A DNA stretch of 64,000 nt from contig NC_092671.1 of the NCBI RefSeq assembly GCF_964355755.1, forward strand, positions 1,116,001 through 1,180,000. The letters run 5' to 3'. The translations under genes were made by a program, and so were the position numbers. Below, piece after piece: positions 1-13,584 of this stretch; positions within the stretch are counted from its first letter, which is position 1, and each line of letters begins with the position of its first letter. Origin of the DNA: Antedon mediterranea. Its lineage: Eukaryota; Animalia; Echinodermata. Below the pieces are notes generated by a model. The model was not told where the DNA came from. It ran no database searches and saw only the letters and a list, made by a program, of their open reading frames with translations.

Positions 1-1144
1 CATCAAAACAAGGAAGAGCTCGACGGGCATCTGTAGGCTGCATCTGCGTTGTGGCAATAAACCTGAAATAAAAACAATGTCAGAGGTTAAATAAATGGTA
101 AGTTTTCCTACTAAGCGATATTTTCTCAGATCTAGAATGGTCGGTCGGAATCTGCAACTCCAGAAAAATCTCAACAAATGTTTGGTTGCTATTGTTAATC
201 TTCCAAGTTTCAAACAGTAGGCTGATTTATAGTATAACTGGGATCGAGGTGGTAAACTTGAATTGGAGAGAGATCGCCTTTTCAGTAAATTGCCAAATGG
301 AAGCATGCAATTCATCGGAACTACTGTATTTCATTCATCTACAAAAGATATAAGTTAAATCTGAACATTGTTATAAACAAGAAATTTACCTGGTCTCGCC
401 AGCATCGTTTTTATAGCTACTGCGGTAGAATCCAGCAAGACCGTCCCACAAGTCTCCGATATAATCCATACTTATTTCATAGCTACGGTCAGCTTCAAGT
501 GACGTTTCAAGTTCAATAACAAGAAATTGATATTCAACTTGATCAGTAAACGTTTTGATTTTAACGTCTTTAGACGAGTCAATGTCTGTTACAGTTAGAG
601 TACCTTCTGTCACATTAATAGCATTCTTATGTAATTTAATGACATTTGTTGCTTCAAGACACTTAATTTCAATCTTAACTGTACCATCAAAAGTAAACAG
701 CGTTTTGCCGCTACCAGCTGGAATGTCCTTTTCGTAGAGGTATGGCTGCAGAGTAAGTGTATAATGCTTCGGTATAATATTACTAGATAGTCGACCTTCC
801 CAGTCCCCGCCAGATGTCGGAGAAGGACTCGGCATGTCTGGTGTAGAAGGCATCTTTTTGGTTGTGACATCTTTTACTGTTGTTGGTTTAGGTTTCTCTG
901 TTGGGTTAGGTTTCTCTGTTGGTTTAGGTTCCTCTGATTGTTTGATAGGTTCTTGGCTGCCTACAACAGGTTCACATTCACTGGTTCTATCTGGTGCATA
1001 ATAACACAATAAACCAACGCCTGTGATGGTAATGGCTACCGTTATTGCAACAAAAAACAACTGTGCAGGGCTGCAGTAAAATCCATTTCCTTTGCGACCA
1101 GGTGTTGCGGCCTCTTCATCGACATTCATTTGTGTCATCCCCAT
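1..1144 (-). CDS. ANPEP: Aminopeptidase N-like M1 zinc aminopeptidase, type II membrane protein; 5' part only (exons 1144-390 and 62-<1)
   Basis: ORF 1144-386 encodes a short cytoplasmic tail, a TM anchor (LFFVAITVAITITGVGLLCYY), a Pro/Thr/Lys stalk and the M1 N-terminal domain (RL..NIIPKHY.L.L.P, F.G.V.I, GLAGFYRSSY). Donor AG|GTAAAT after 390 (phase 2) joins acceptor TTTCAG|G at 62, giving RFIATTQMQPTDARRALPCFD, the canonical APN motif. Orthology versus paralogy is unresolved. Confidence 0.9.
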
Positions 1145-1279
1145 GTTGTCCTGAAATGTACAAGATATTCACTGATGAACAACGATACGACGTACTTGTT
1201 TCAAGCTCGTACGATACCGTATAACTATACACAGTGGAACAAGTTCAAATAGGCGTGAAAGGGAATTTGTACCTTTAAT

Positions 1280-1650
1280 CTGATAAGTGAGAGAATGTAG
1301 CGATATTACCATAATAAACCACACCTCCAGTAACTAAATTTTGTAACAATAATAAAATATTACGTTTAGTTGAAATTTGAAATTGATTCTATAAAAACAT
1401 AGAAGGTGATTCAGAATTTTAATAATGTCTCTCAGAAGTGGATTTCACCACCAGATATATCTTGTTTCTGTGTTACTAGTCTTTCTATCTGGCAGGGGGC
1501 AGATCATAAGATGTAACAGCCAGTAAGTGTTTACTTTGATCGATAAGTATATCATAAAGTATACAACTTATAATGCTAATCTTGCCCAGTAACTTTGCAT
1601 AGTCATAAGATAACTTAATTGTGCCAAAGGGCGTTTGGAAGTAAACAGTA
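1280..1650 (-). promoter_or_regulatory. GATA/Fox motif cluster upstream of the APN main coding exon (possible gut-type promoter or enhancer)
   Basis: TGATAAG ~1281, CGATAAG ~1541, AGATAA ~1608; forkhead-like TGTTTAC ~1529 and GTAAACA ~1641. Motif matches only. Confidence 0.3.
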
Positions 1651-1842
1651 TTATAGTGCTATTAAAGGGCTACAAAGTATCTTAAGATGTTTTATTGCTA
1701 CTTAACGTCACATGTAACCAGGGTGGTGTAATGGTGGTCAGAAAACAAGAGGGGATTAGATGTTCATCTCTTCAATGCCAACTTAACGAAGAGAATAACA
1801 AGAAACTAGAATGAAGATTGTATTGGTATTTTTTGAGAAAGG

Positions 1843-1940
1843 GCTCTGTCTACACTATCAAACTTTATGTGACAAAACAATGTGATATTGGACACGATGA
1901 CATCATGTCACTACTATATTTGGATAGTGTAGACAGAGCT
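1843..1940. mobile_element. PIF/Harbinger-type MITE family A
   Basis: TIR GCTCTGTCTACACTATC...GATAGTGTAGACAGAGCT; the same internal sequence recurs at ~13675, ~44360, 47129 and ~51663. Confidence 0.75.
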
Positions 1941-3079
1941 TAACAAACATTTAATTTACAAGTTGATCACGTTGTTTGGTTTTAAAATCTCGGTTCCCAC
2001 TACCGAACGACAAATGCAAATAATGCAAGCGACGGCTCATCCGAACTATAGCTTATGACTTGTCATACTTTTATCTATCATAGTCCTACTCTATTTATCT
2101 GCTGTAGGCCTAATTTAATACAAGTAAGCTTGTGATATTTACAAGATCGAATCTCCATGCTTAAAATAAGTTAAAAATCCGCATGCCAGCCTTTGACATG
2201 ATACGATGATTAAACTTGGGTGTATTGGGTGAAGGGCGTCGCTTTTTACTTTGTGTGAATGACTGCATGGCAATAGGCTTACCTTCAAATATCAATATAT
2301 GGGATTCAGATAACAATAAAGCATATATACTAAAGATAAGATATCTAAAATGATCCGGTTATATCGGTGTATTATGTATGTTTAAAGGTTAAACACATTA
2401 ATAATGTGTTGCGATTTACAACATAGAGTGTAATTGGGTTTCGTTTGAAATCTCAAAATGTACGCCTTTTTAAAAATTATTGTCTGTGTATTTTATTCCA
2501 AATTATAAGACTATTTTTAGATGGTTTTTTTTTGTATATTCCATTATAATGTTTTTTAAATATCTTTTCAACCGTAATTGTATAAATTAACTACTAAACT
2601 ACTACTTTTAAATAAATATTTATATCAATATCAATTAGACATATATAGGCCTATATTGATAAATCATTTTGAGGAAAATTCTATAAAATATCAAACATCG
2701 GCAATGGTAATGCCTTGCCTGCCGTTTCATATAACATTTCTCATTAATTCTGAATTATATTCTCCAAAGAAGACAGGCAGGTTTCATTAATATTCCTGGA
2801 AAATTATAATTAGATATTTCCTATAATGAGCTCTTCTAAACTATGAATGAATCACAAATTGTGAGTGAACAAGAAAGATTGCTACCAACTGTTGACAAAT
2901 AATGTGATAACAAATTAACATTTTATAGCTAAAACACAATCAAGAATTTTGGTAGCAAATGTCTCTTATTAAACTTACTCGGAAGTACAATTCCAAGAAG
3001 ATACAGTAGGCTTAAGTTCTTTACTTCTGATTGGACACCATTGAAACTATATGTGTGCGTCTACCAAATGGTCCACTAG

Positions 3080-3170
3080 CGCGTGGTTCCCACTAGAGAC
3101 TCGGAAGTACAATCACTTACGTTGCGTCGTTACGTCCTTGCGTTGCGTCGGTAGTGGGAACCAAGCTTTA
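3080..3170. mobile_element. PIF/Harbinger-type MITE family B (short copy)
   Basis: GCGTGGTTCCCACTAG...GTAGTGGGAACCAAGCT termini with TTGCGTTGCGTC subterminal repeats. Confidence 0.7.
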
Positions 3171-6084
3171 GAGTTTATTAAGCGTAAACGGTTAAGGCGT
3201 CACATTTACTAGACGTTAAATTCGAAAACGCACATGCATGGTTGCTTTGCAGGTTAAACATCTAATAGTTTATAACAGAGCGTTCATCTTAGAGAGTGCT
3301 GTGTGAATAAATATTAACTGTGTAGCTGTTTTATTATTATCATGAAATAAAAAGTCAGTACGGAGTAATCTATATTCTTACTGGTAGTTTAGTTTAGAGA
3401 TGTAAATTAATTGACAAACTCAACGTACATGACGTCGCGAGTTTGGAATCCACTGATGACGTGATTTTGTGAATATCTCATGAATATTATTGAGCTTCCC
3501 TAAGCTGCTGAAAAACAGACTTTCCATGAATTTACCCTAAAATGTATGTGAAATTTAAGTGCCGTGTTTACATCTAAAAGGCATAAATTATATAGACTAA
3601 TCATATTGGATTGGCATGTACATAATGTTCCAACATTATACCGTATTTTTTACAATTGTATACGAATAACTCCATAACCAGTCTTGAGGGTTAAACCATG
3701 GAGAACATTTCCTTCATGGTTAAATAAACTACATTCGGAACGCGTTTCGCAAAACCCATTACACGCACAAACGCGCTACGCGTTACAGCCCTCAACGACA
3801 GCCCATTAGTCAAGATTCATTGCTTCTAATTTATCATTGCATCCTATCATTGAATTTAAATTGTACGTCAAATACGAAGGTTCTCCTAAGAAGTCAAATG
3901 AAGGTCATTTTGTAAAGATAAACCGTATTCAAAAGATAGGCCTAGTACTAAATAAAAGTATCGACCGAGAGTATCAGTATTATTAGTAGGCCTATTAAAG
4001 AGCAGAGCAAGCGTGACGAGTAACCGTAATGTTTAACCCACACACATCATCATATTAATAATAAAAGGTCTCTATCACATGAGATAGATATTTAATAACT
4101 CTTATAGTAAGACAATCAAAATATTAGTTATAGTCTGATTGTTAACCTATGTACTGATAATGGTGATATAGTTCAACATCAGATCAATGGGTGAGTTTCT
4201 GTTTCACCTTCTCTGTCAAAAGTTACATAACACGCGATAAATCGAAATACTGTATTTGAACTCACACGACAACGTCTTTGTTTTCAATGCGTACTAACCA
4301 AGCTGTCACTCAATCAAAGTAACATTTATTTTAAAATTAACAGTAAACATGATTAAAATAATAGGGGAAAATTCCAGGCAGCCCATAAAAACGTTTATAT
4401 GTAGGCTTCATGATATTAAATGAAAATGTTTACAATTTTCTACAATTTAGCCATTACAAATAACATAGTTACGAATTTCAATTCCGAATACGTAAAATTA
4501 TGGGATCTTTATTTCTCCAATATTGGAATGCAGAAGATATTACTAATAAGTAGTAAAGTTTGCAAAGTAAATTGACCAATCATCATACATTAATATCCGA
4601 ACTGTCCACTTATGATTGGTCAAATTAGGCCTGTTAGTACTACTATAGGATACACTGTAATATTATGTTGATACATATTTAATTGAGTGACCCTAAAATT
4701 CCGATTGACCGTGAAACTAGGCCCATGGCATTTTTTTCATTTCCAGTTAGAACACGCTATCGATGTGTCAGATGATCTGGAGTGGAGTGTTAAAATTATC
4801 GTGAGAAGTTATTTTAATAAACATGAGCAACTTATCCTTACAAACTACACTACAGGTAACACATATCGTATCTAATCGCTTGTTGTAGTATTGAACAACG
4901 TGCAAAAAAATAGGCTACATAAAGTGCACATCCTCGAATTGATTTCTTATAAAATGAGTTAATAACCATAGTTTGATTATTTTCAAATTGATCATTCTCC
5001 TTTACTTTATGAATTGATTATGTGGTTCTTTTTAGTATTATCTGTGGGTTATCCGCCGCACTTCCTTTAACACACATTCATATTTGTATAATAATATGCC
5101 TACATGTTCTGTCATTTTTTACGAAATTATAAGGAAAAAGCCTATTAGACCTCGAATATATGGACCAGGTCAAGGACATAAGGCGTTTAACATTTATTTA
5201 CGTCCTATTAACTTTAATGTTGATTATATATGTGTGTAGATAGGCCTACAGGCGAACGTACAGCAGGCAAACACAAACGAGTATAATGATGCAACAAATG
5301 TTCATTTCTCTTAATTAACAAATCCAAATTGGATAAATGTTATTTCCAGAAAATTGTATTATTTCAGCTGCTGGTGACGTAAGAACAGGCAGACTTTTAT
5401 TTCAAATTCCAAGATTCAATACAACACTTAATACTGATGCTATACGTGAATATAGTATTCATCATGATTGAGGCCAACATCAATATACATTAATAAATGT
5501 AGGTCTGCTATAAAGTACAAAACTACAAGGAATACAATGTTGCTGGTTTCCATTTATTTCGATAACACAGCGTGAACTTAATTTCAGCATTTCTGCATGG
5601 CGACTGCAATGTTGTATATATTTGATAGGCCTCCTACTGAGTATATAACATCAATATAGTAAAACTAATTCTACAATGCAAACCGCATTAGTAACTATAC
5701 TACCATGTGAAGTAACAACTGATAACTTCAAAAAATAAATATTTACTACTGGTTAAGACATAATAGCTGCAAAAACCAAGGACTTAAACTTTAGCCCTTC
5801 GTTGTACACCTATGTGATAAGGAAACATGCAAATTTGTACTTTAATTAAAGGGTTAACAACTTACCAAATTATTGTAAACAATCTAAAAGTCTCCTGTAT
5901 GAAACGCTCGCGCCCAAGAAACTGGCGGGACGGAAGTGAGTGTGTATTGACAAGTCAGATGTGTGTTAATCCTATCGAATCAGCAGGTCTCCCATTTTTA
6001 ACGAAGGTGGTGACGCAAACACAACAGAACGCCGATCTGTGTATTTTGCTTCGTTTACACAGGAAAATGTCAAAATATTGACAT

Positions 6085-6893
6085 CTTGAACCTGGTTTAC
6101 ACTAGCCCAATGTGCACACGTTTGGTTTTGTTGAGGACTGGTGATTTAAGAAACGTTTGTTTGCGTTGTCAATTCAATCATTACATTACACAAACGGTGC
6201 GCGACGTTGTTAAGAATGGTGCAAACGGTATAAACAAGGACGCAACGCAACCGACGCAACGTAAGAAAATGCCCCTAAAATAATTGTGTTTGCCCCCACC
6301 TGTGTAAAATCAAACCTGCTTGTTGCGTTAGTTGCCGTAGACTTTGACCTGGTTCACGCCGCGTACTTTTGAGAACGCGCTGTACTATGCGTGAAATCAA
6401 ACTGATTTCACCACTGGTGCGCGTCGTCGGTTCCCACTTGTGATTACGCAATACAGCACTTTGCGTCGATACGTCGCGGCGTTATGTTGCGTTAAGCCGA
6501 TTTTCCACTAGGCGAATTGTTCGCGCGAATCGAAAGCGTCATGCTATGCACATGCGTATTCGCGTTTCTGTCTGTCATACTGCCTTCTTCGACGAATTCT
6601 AGTTCCTTTGATTTTTCGCTTCAGCGAAATTTACTAGTTCGAATTGTTTCTACTTTTTGCGAAACGAAATATTGCGCAACCAATCAGAGCTCAGGAAATG
6701 AGCTATGACGCTTTCATGAGCACTCATGCGAATCGAAATGCTCAGCAACCACGCGATGAACATGAACGTCGCAGCTATTCGCTCATGTAGTGGAAAATCG
6801 GTAGCGATTTTTTTCTCTTCGAAACGTTGGATTCGCGCGAACAAATTCGCCTAGTGGAAAATCAGCTTTACGTTCTAGTGGGAACCACGCTTA
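6085..6893. mobile_element. MITE family B-related cluster hosting a nested TIR element
   Basis: ACGCAACGCAA/TTGCGTTG repeats; right terminus CGTTCTAGTGGGAACCACGCT at ~6871-6891. The left boundary is approximate. Confidence 0.6.
6495..6867. mobile_element. Harbinger-type MITE family C nested in family B
   Basis: ~35-bp TIR AGCCGATTTTCCACTAGGCGAATTGTTCGCGCGAA / TTCGCGCGAACAAATTCGCCTAGTGGAAAATCAGCT; TTA TSD at 6492-6494 and 6868-6870. Confidence 0.85.
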
Positions 6894-7496
6894 AGTAATG
6901 TGACGCGATAAATCATTAGGTCTAGTTGTGGAAAATGCCAACAATAGCACAGAGCAAAATACTTTACATTGCGTTCTAGTGTAAACCAAACTTTCAAGAT
7001 GCGCGTAAACTTCAAAGTCACTGTTTTAGTGTGAACGAACTTGAATGTCTTATTGCTCCCAACAAAGGAGCTCTGAACTTAATTCGTAAAGTATTAATAG
7101 ACTATAGATTATTTTCTAATACTGAATTGTAATATCATCGACTTGAAGGTTAAGAAGTGAAACTTTAAAATATAGTTCTAATATTGACTTTCGACAATCT
7201 GCAAGCACTTCCTGATTTAAAGGGGCATAGGCCTATATATTTAAAACATAATATTGCCTCTAGTTTGTTGTTTCACAGAAAAGTGTCCTACATATAACAA
7301 TACCTACATATTATATATCCAATACATAACAATATCTTCTTCATATCGGAGTTTCAGATGGTGTACATCAATGTAAAACAGGTCATTATTTACTGAGATA
7401 AGAGGCAAAATACACATTTTTGTTAAATTAGAATTAAAAACAAGACTTTTTTTTCATGTACACAGTTACATTTTAATGTGTATAAATAATTGAGAT

Positions 7497-8865
7497 AATA
7501 ATAATAATAATAATATTTATTCGGTCATCAATGTAAAAAATAACCAGGAATAAACCATATACAAGAAAAATACAAATAAACTATACATAACATGAAATAT
7601 AGTGTTTTGTTAGAGCAGCCTTAAATATTGAAATTGTTTGTGAATCTTTTATGTCATTTGGTATTTGCTCCCATAGTCTAGGAAAGGAAACAAATACAGA
7701 ATTATGAAAAGTATTGCCTTTCGAATTCCAACGTAAAAGCCTACCCGGACATCTTTCACTAGTTTTAATATACTCATTGAAAGAATGGGGACAGTAACCT
7801 TTCAACACCTTAAATCCTAATGAAAGTCTATGTAATTTAAACAAGTCATCAATAGATAATAATTCAAGCACTTTCAACCTATGAAAATAAGATGTGTCCC
7901 AGGAACCTTCCTTTCTAAACATTATTATCTTTGTTGCTTTCCTTTGTATACTTTCTATTCTATTAATAATATAATATGTGATTTCTCAAATGGTGCCCAC
8001 ATTGAACAACAGTAGGTAACCACTGGCCATGGAAGTAATAGAGCTTTGTATAAGTTCAACATAGCTAACCAAGACATATTTTTACTACATTTTGAAATGA
8101 AACCAAGCAATCTGCTTGCTTTACAACATATATAACTAACTTGTGTATGACACGACAACGAACTATTTACATAAACACCTAGAAATTTGAATTCTGTAAC
8201 TTTAGGAATATTGTCTGATTCTATGGTATAATCCCAGTTAACTATATCTTTACATCTTGTAATATGCATTACGGCGCATTTGACAGGATTTAAGGGAAGT
8301 TTGTTTACATTTGCCCATTTAGCAATTAAATCTAAATCCTTTTGAAGCAATTTACAATCATTATTGTTATAAATAGGACGTGATAATGTGTGATCATCAG
8401 CAAATTGAAAAAGTAAAGAAGAAATATATATTTACAATATCACTTACGTAAATCAAAAATAAAAGAGGGCCCAAAACTGACCATTGTGGTACCTACCTCT
8501 GAAGTAACATTTACCCACTCTGACTTTTCTCCTCTGTAAATAACCCTTTGGCGTCTATTTGAAAGAAAATCTGTAATCCATGCATTAGTGTTTCCACCAA
8601 TGCCACAGTTATTAAGTTTCTTAATTAATCTTTTATGAGACACCTTATCAAATGCAGACGAAAAATCAAGAAAAATAATATCAATATTTTTACAGCCTTT
8701 AAATTCTGAGCCCTTAATGAAAAACCTTTGAAAGTAAAAGTTCAGTACTATACATTTGTTTAAACCCAAACTGATTTTCTGAAAGGATATTATTATATTA
8801 TTCCCTCAAACGATAGCAAAGCAATTTCTCAATAATCTTACAAATTATGGGAGTTAAAGACAATG
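7497..8865 (-). mobile_element. 5'-truncated, frameshifted non-LTR retrotransposon (CR1/L2 group) RT fragment
   Basis: Broken ORFs give LSLTPIICKIIEK, ENQFGF, DIIFLDFSSAFDKVSH, QFADD, LQKDLDLIAKWA, FKFLGV and FHNSVFVSFPRLWEQIP. The 3' end has AATAAA plus a (TTA)n tail at ~7497-7520. Confidence 0.9.
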
Positions 8866-9032
8866 TGTCAGAGATGTGATACATGTATTTAAAAAAACTC
8901 TCAGTTCAGATCCAATAAACATATTTATAAACCTATTTAATAAATAAATTGTGAATGTTCCAAATACATAAAACATACTTCAGTTTATGTATGTTACGAT
9001 CAGAATAACCCAGGCCTATAGCGCGTATACAG

Positions 9033-9372
9033 TATGTTATCAACATAGGCCTGCGGCAAGGTCAACAACTATGTTATCAACATAGGGCGTGCGGCAAGGT
9101 CAACAACTATGTTATCAACATAGGGCGTGCGGCAAGGTCAACAACTATGTTATCAACATAGGGCGTGCGGCAAGGTCAACAACTATGTTATCAACATAGG
9201 GCGTGCGGAAGGTCAACAACTATGTTATCAACATAGGGCGTGCGGCAAGGTCAACAACTATGTTATCAACATAGGGCGTGCGGCAAGGTCAACAACTATG
9301 TTATCAACATAGGGCGTGCGGCAAGGTCAACAACTATGTTATCAACATAGGGCGTGCGGCAAGGTCAACAAC
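9033..9372. repeat. Minisatellite, 38-bp unit, ~9 copies
   Basis: Unit CTATGTTATCAACATAGGGCGTGCGGCAAGGTCAACAA repeated head-to-tail with no spacers. Confidence 0.95.
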
Positions 9373-11439
9373 ATCCATAGTATAGAAACTTGTACTAATT
9401 ATACTTTTTTTAAATGTCAATGATTGATTCTCTACAGGAGATTTCATGCTGACCAATGTGACACCACCATCTAAACGTCCTTATCGTGTAGGCGGCAATG
9501 ACACTTTTTTTGTGTTTTTATCCTATTGATTTTATATCAGAATAAAGAAATAAATAAAAATAAATAAATGAGATCACAACATAAACTGTTTTATATGTAT
9601 TTATGATATTCATATATGTAGTAAAGAGTCCATGACAAATGATTTCCTCGGATTTGCACAAAAAAAATGTATTTATTAAATACAAAGAAGTTGTCTAGCC
9701 TTGACACTATACGTTATCTTCAAATGTATTCTGCCTATGGGAGCCTTTTGCAACAAGAAACGGTTGCAAAATGTCAAACGATTTGATTTACAACTAATCT
9801 TATGTTTTGACGTTTCCAAATGTTTTCCACAGTTCCCTTGAACTTTCAACCAATGATACATATAATTGATGTATTTGATAAAATACACATTTTTATCCGT
9901 GCGTTCAAACACTGATAAGATACGCGCGCGTGAACGTTAGTATGACACAAATTTAAACATTATCATTATTCAAAGCCGCATTTGCATTCAAAGTGTTTGG
10001 CAAAGCTTTCCGAATTCTAAACCTTTGGTAAACTTTTTTTTTTCAGAAATAATGTCAGCGTCAGTGTCAAATTGAATTCTTACCAATGGTATAAAGTTAA
10101 GTATATCCGAAATATTTGTGATATTCATATGATACAATTTAAAATACCGATTAAATGGAAATGACTAAACGTCGTATGGTAATAATCCTCACTTCTGATC
10201 GAATGTAGAATTAATTTGGTGATCGAGTGTGGAATTTAAAATCAATACACTAATAGCTCATTTTACCGTGGCTTTTGATTAAATTATGATCGTCGCATAA
10301 GTATATATTTTACATGTGTTAAATGCATGATTTTTTTTTATGCGAAACAGAATTTGTTTGTTTTTTTTTATCTCACGATGACCTTATTTATGGTATTCAG
10401 TTGGAATTTATAATTATTGAAATAATTTAAGATATTCAAAGTCAGATGAACATATCTTGATTCATTTTCGTAATTTCTTAAATAACAATAATCTTTAACT
10501 TTTGAAACGGCTGAATGTACATGTCATTAGTAATGTTAAGATTAATATATTCACGCTGAACGATGATACACAAAAGAACATTTAACATTCGACGCTAACA
10601 TAAGTTGTGTTTTAACTAATGTTGTCCTGTCAATAAGTCAGAGGGAGAGAGAGAGTTTTTGCGCACGTGCAATGAGCTTTGATTACACTCATCGATTCTG
10701 CTCAGCAGACACCTCATTGAAATCAGGGGTCTCTTTCTTCGCTGGACAGTTGCTAGAAACATCTCACCATCATCATTCTCTATGACAACATTTAACATTA
10801 ATATCATCCGAACAGTATGGAATGTTCAATTCGTAAATCATAAACAGTATCAAATCATCACCAGTCGAATTGCAAACAAAACAGGCCTTATAATAAATAC
10901 TTTTATTTTTATAGTATAATATTAGAGGGATGGTAAGCTGCTATGACGTCATAAAAATGGGTGAATTCAGTCAAAAAATCTAATATTCCTTGGTTTGGTA
11001 GATTGAAACAACAGCAGATGTGTTTGTTTGTGGTAGATTTTTTTTAGTACAGTATGTAAAAAATTTTAAATGATATACAAAACAGTAGGTTTACAACTAC
11101 TTTCCTAATATAACATATTTTATTGAATTTAAATCAACTAGATGAGGACAGAAATCTCTCGCCCACACACAGGTTCACACCAATTCACAACTATGTCGAT
11201 AAATACATTTTTTTGTATAGGCCTGTTACGTTCTATAGTTACACGAAACTGTTACTATTATAGTTTAAATCAATTTCAATATACAGTAGGCCTACAATGA
11301 AACTAAAATCAATACATGTAATTCTTTTGAGAAATGCATCTTTAAAAAATATTAGTGTTTTAACCATAATTACGATTGATTTAAGTTATCGATGTGCATA
11401 TTAAGTAGTCAGAGTAGCATGTCAGTCATTGGAATCGTT

Positions 11440-11546
11440 ACACGCGCGCGTTCAAATGTTGATGTTAACGGTGCAGATTCTCACGCGCGCGTTCAAATGT
11501 TGATGATAATGGTGCAGATTTGCACGCGCGCAAATGTTGATGATAT
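11440..11546. repeat. Short degenerate tandem repeat, 3 copies
   Basis: CACGCGCGCGTTCAAATGTTGATG...GGTGCAGATT repeated. Confidence 0.7.
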
Positions 11547-12057
11547 GGTAAGCTTTGTGTCTCATGATATCTTTACTTCACTTTAGAGATTGTATTAATT
11601 TGTATGGCTTATAGTTGTACACTTGTATTAATGTAGGCCTCTAATTAGATTAAAATTAAATTAAAATTTCAATTAAAGTATCATTATTATATTAAAATAT
11701 CACATTACTGTATGAACCTATACGAAATGTACATATTTTGTTGAACAGTGCGCATTAGAGACGGTGGCTTATTTTACAATCAATCGAAGTGCTTAATAAT
11801 GCTAACGCTAATCATTGCCCTCAATAAATGTACATTATTTTGTTAGTTTGAATATTTAAAAATAAAACTGTGTTACGAGTACTAAATACTTCTATTCTAC
11901 ATGAGACGAAAAACAAGATAAATTGCGAAAGAGATCAAAACGTCGGCCTTAACTATCAAAGCTATCCATTACCCGATTATTTTAGAAAATAAATGGATAT
12001 AAATCAAGTGTAAACAGACATTTTCTGAAAATTATTTCGTAATGAAGAGAGTCCTAC

Positions 12058-12081
12058 CTTTTGATCGTTAACATCCTCCAT
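12058..12081 (-). CDS. Candidate upstream micro-exon of the APN gene (MEDVNDQK)
   Basis: ATG GAG GAT GTT AAC GAT CAA AAG|GTAGGA is phase 0 and joins in frame to acceptor TTTCAG|GAC AAC ATG at 1150. Confidence 0.45.
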
Positions 12082-13584
12082 GTCTGTGAAATGCGAGAAC
12101 AATCTTTCCAGCGTCAAAAACTTATTTAACGGCTTCGCCCTTGCTTCCGTAATTCATTCCATTTATTCCCATGAATATGGAAATATTCCAGGGTTACTCT
12201 TTGATTGTCAATAATAATATTTACATATCAATTGCGTTTAGGGAACGTTGAAAACGCGTTGTAACGCAACAAATGCGTTTGTTATACTTCACGATGGCAG
12301 AATAATAATTGTATCCATCTTATCATCTAAAAACATCATTTCACTTTCTTAAGCAGCAGTCAAATAAGTTACTTTCCAAACATCAAAAAGAAAATAATAT
12401 AGGCCTAGAGATGTTGGTAAGAGAAAGAAATGTCTACTTGTAATTTTTTTTCTCGGTTCTAAAAAAAGGCGTCCAACAGCGGACAACGAATACTCCTCTG
12501 CTGTCAATGCTGCTAGATGGTGGACCACAGGAGTATTTCAATACGCATGCGCATGTCTGGATCATTGACAAATGACTTTCTCAATTTGAACACCATATTT
12601 AGTTTAGCTGTAAAGTAGGCCAATTGTAATAATAAAAATCCATAGAAATTGTACAATTATTTCCGTTTTTTATTGACGAGATGAATATTGCATTAATAAT
12701 TGCAATTGTATATTAGTTATATTACCAATTTTGTACGCAACGCAATTGGGTGTTGTTGTACGCGCAACGCAAAAGAGTTTACACTAATCAAAGCGCGACA
12801 GCTCGGATGATCCACGCGCTGTGATTGGTCGAATCTTGCGTGACACTTACGCACGTCCTTGCGTTGTGATTGGGCAAACTTACGTTGCGCTTACCTACTT
12901 CTTTGCGTTGGGTCCTAAATGGGAAATTTTCCAATTTATAATTAGCAATGTGTTTTAACAGAAAAGGATAGGCCTACTATAACAATGATAAAGGCATTTG
13001 AACGAATTACATATAATTAACGTTCTTTTGGTTGATTTAACCATTAACATGGACGCTAATTTATAATTCATCATTTAACTATAGAAAATTAAGTACAACA
13101 AAAAGGAAAGAGTCAAATGAAATTATTTCAAGAAAAATAGTTTCATCATACTCGAAAAAAGTCATAGAATCACAAAATGGTTGTTAAATGATATCAGCGA
13201 TAATGAGATGATTATGATTAACAATGTGAGGCTATAAATGTGACAAATTATCGTCTGCCGATTAATCATATTACAATTTACGAGGAGAAAACTAAGCTAG
13301 ATATGTTACTCTATGTTCTCGCTAACACAACTGCTGGCCAGGCATAACGCACGAGCGCATATCATAATCATGGCCGCACGCACGGTTGAAGATCTAAGCC
13401 TCAATAACATCTTTCAGTAGTTATATCAATTTGCTTACTAACTTCCCTGCATGCTTTTGTAAACAAAGAATATTTGTTAATGGCCCTGGTGGTACTGTCA
13501 CCCTAATACAAGTAGGTCCACTTCCCCGTCCACTTCAGACTGGTTGCTGACGTATTTTTATAAATTAAAGCAGAGGCCACTAAA

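Noticed and set aside
9033-9372. CRISPR-like appearance of 31-39-bp repeats (also 25323-25914 and 28723-28960)
   Set aside because: Units are contiguous with no unique spacers, there are no cas genes, and the context is eukaryotic. These are minisatellites.
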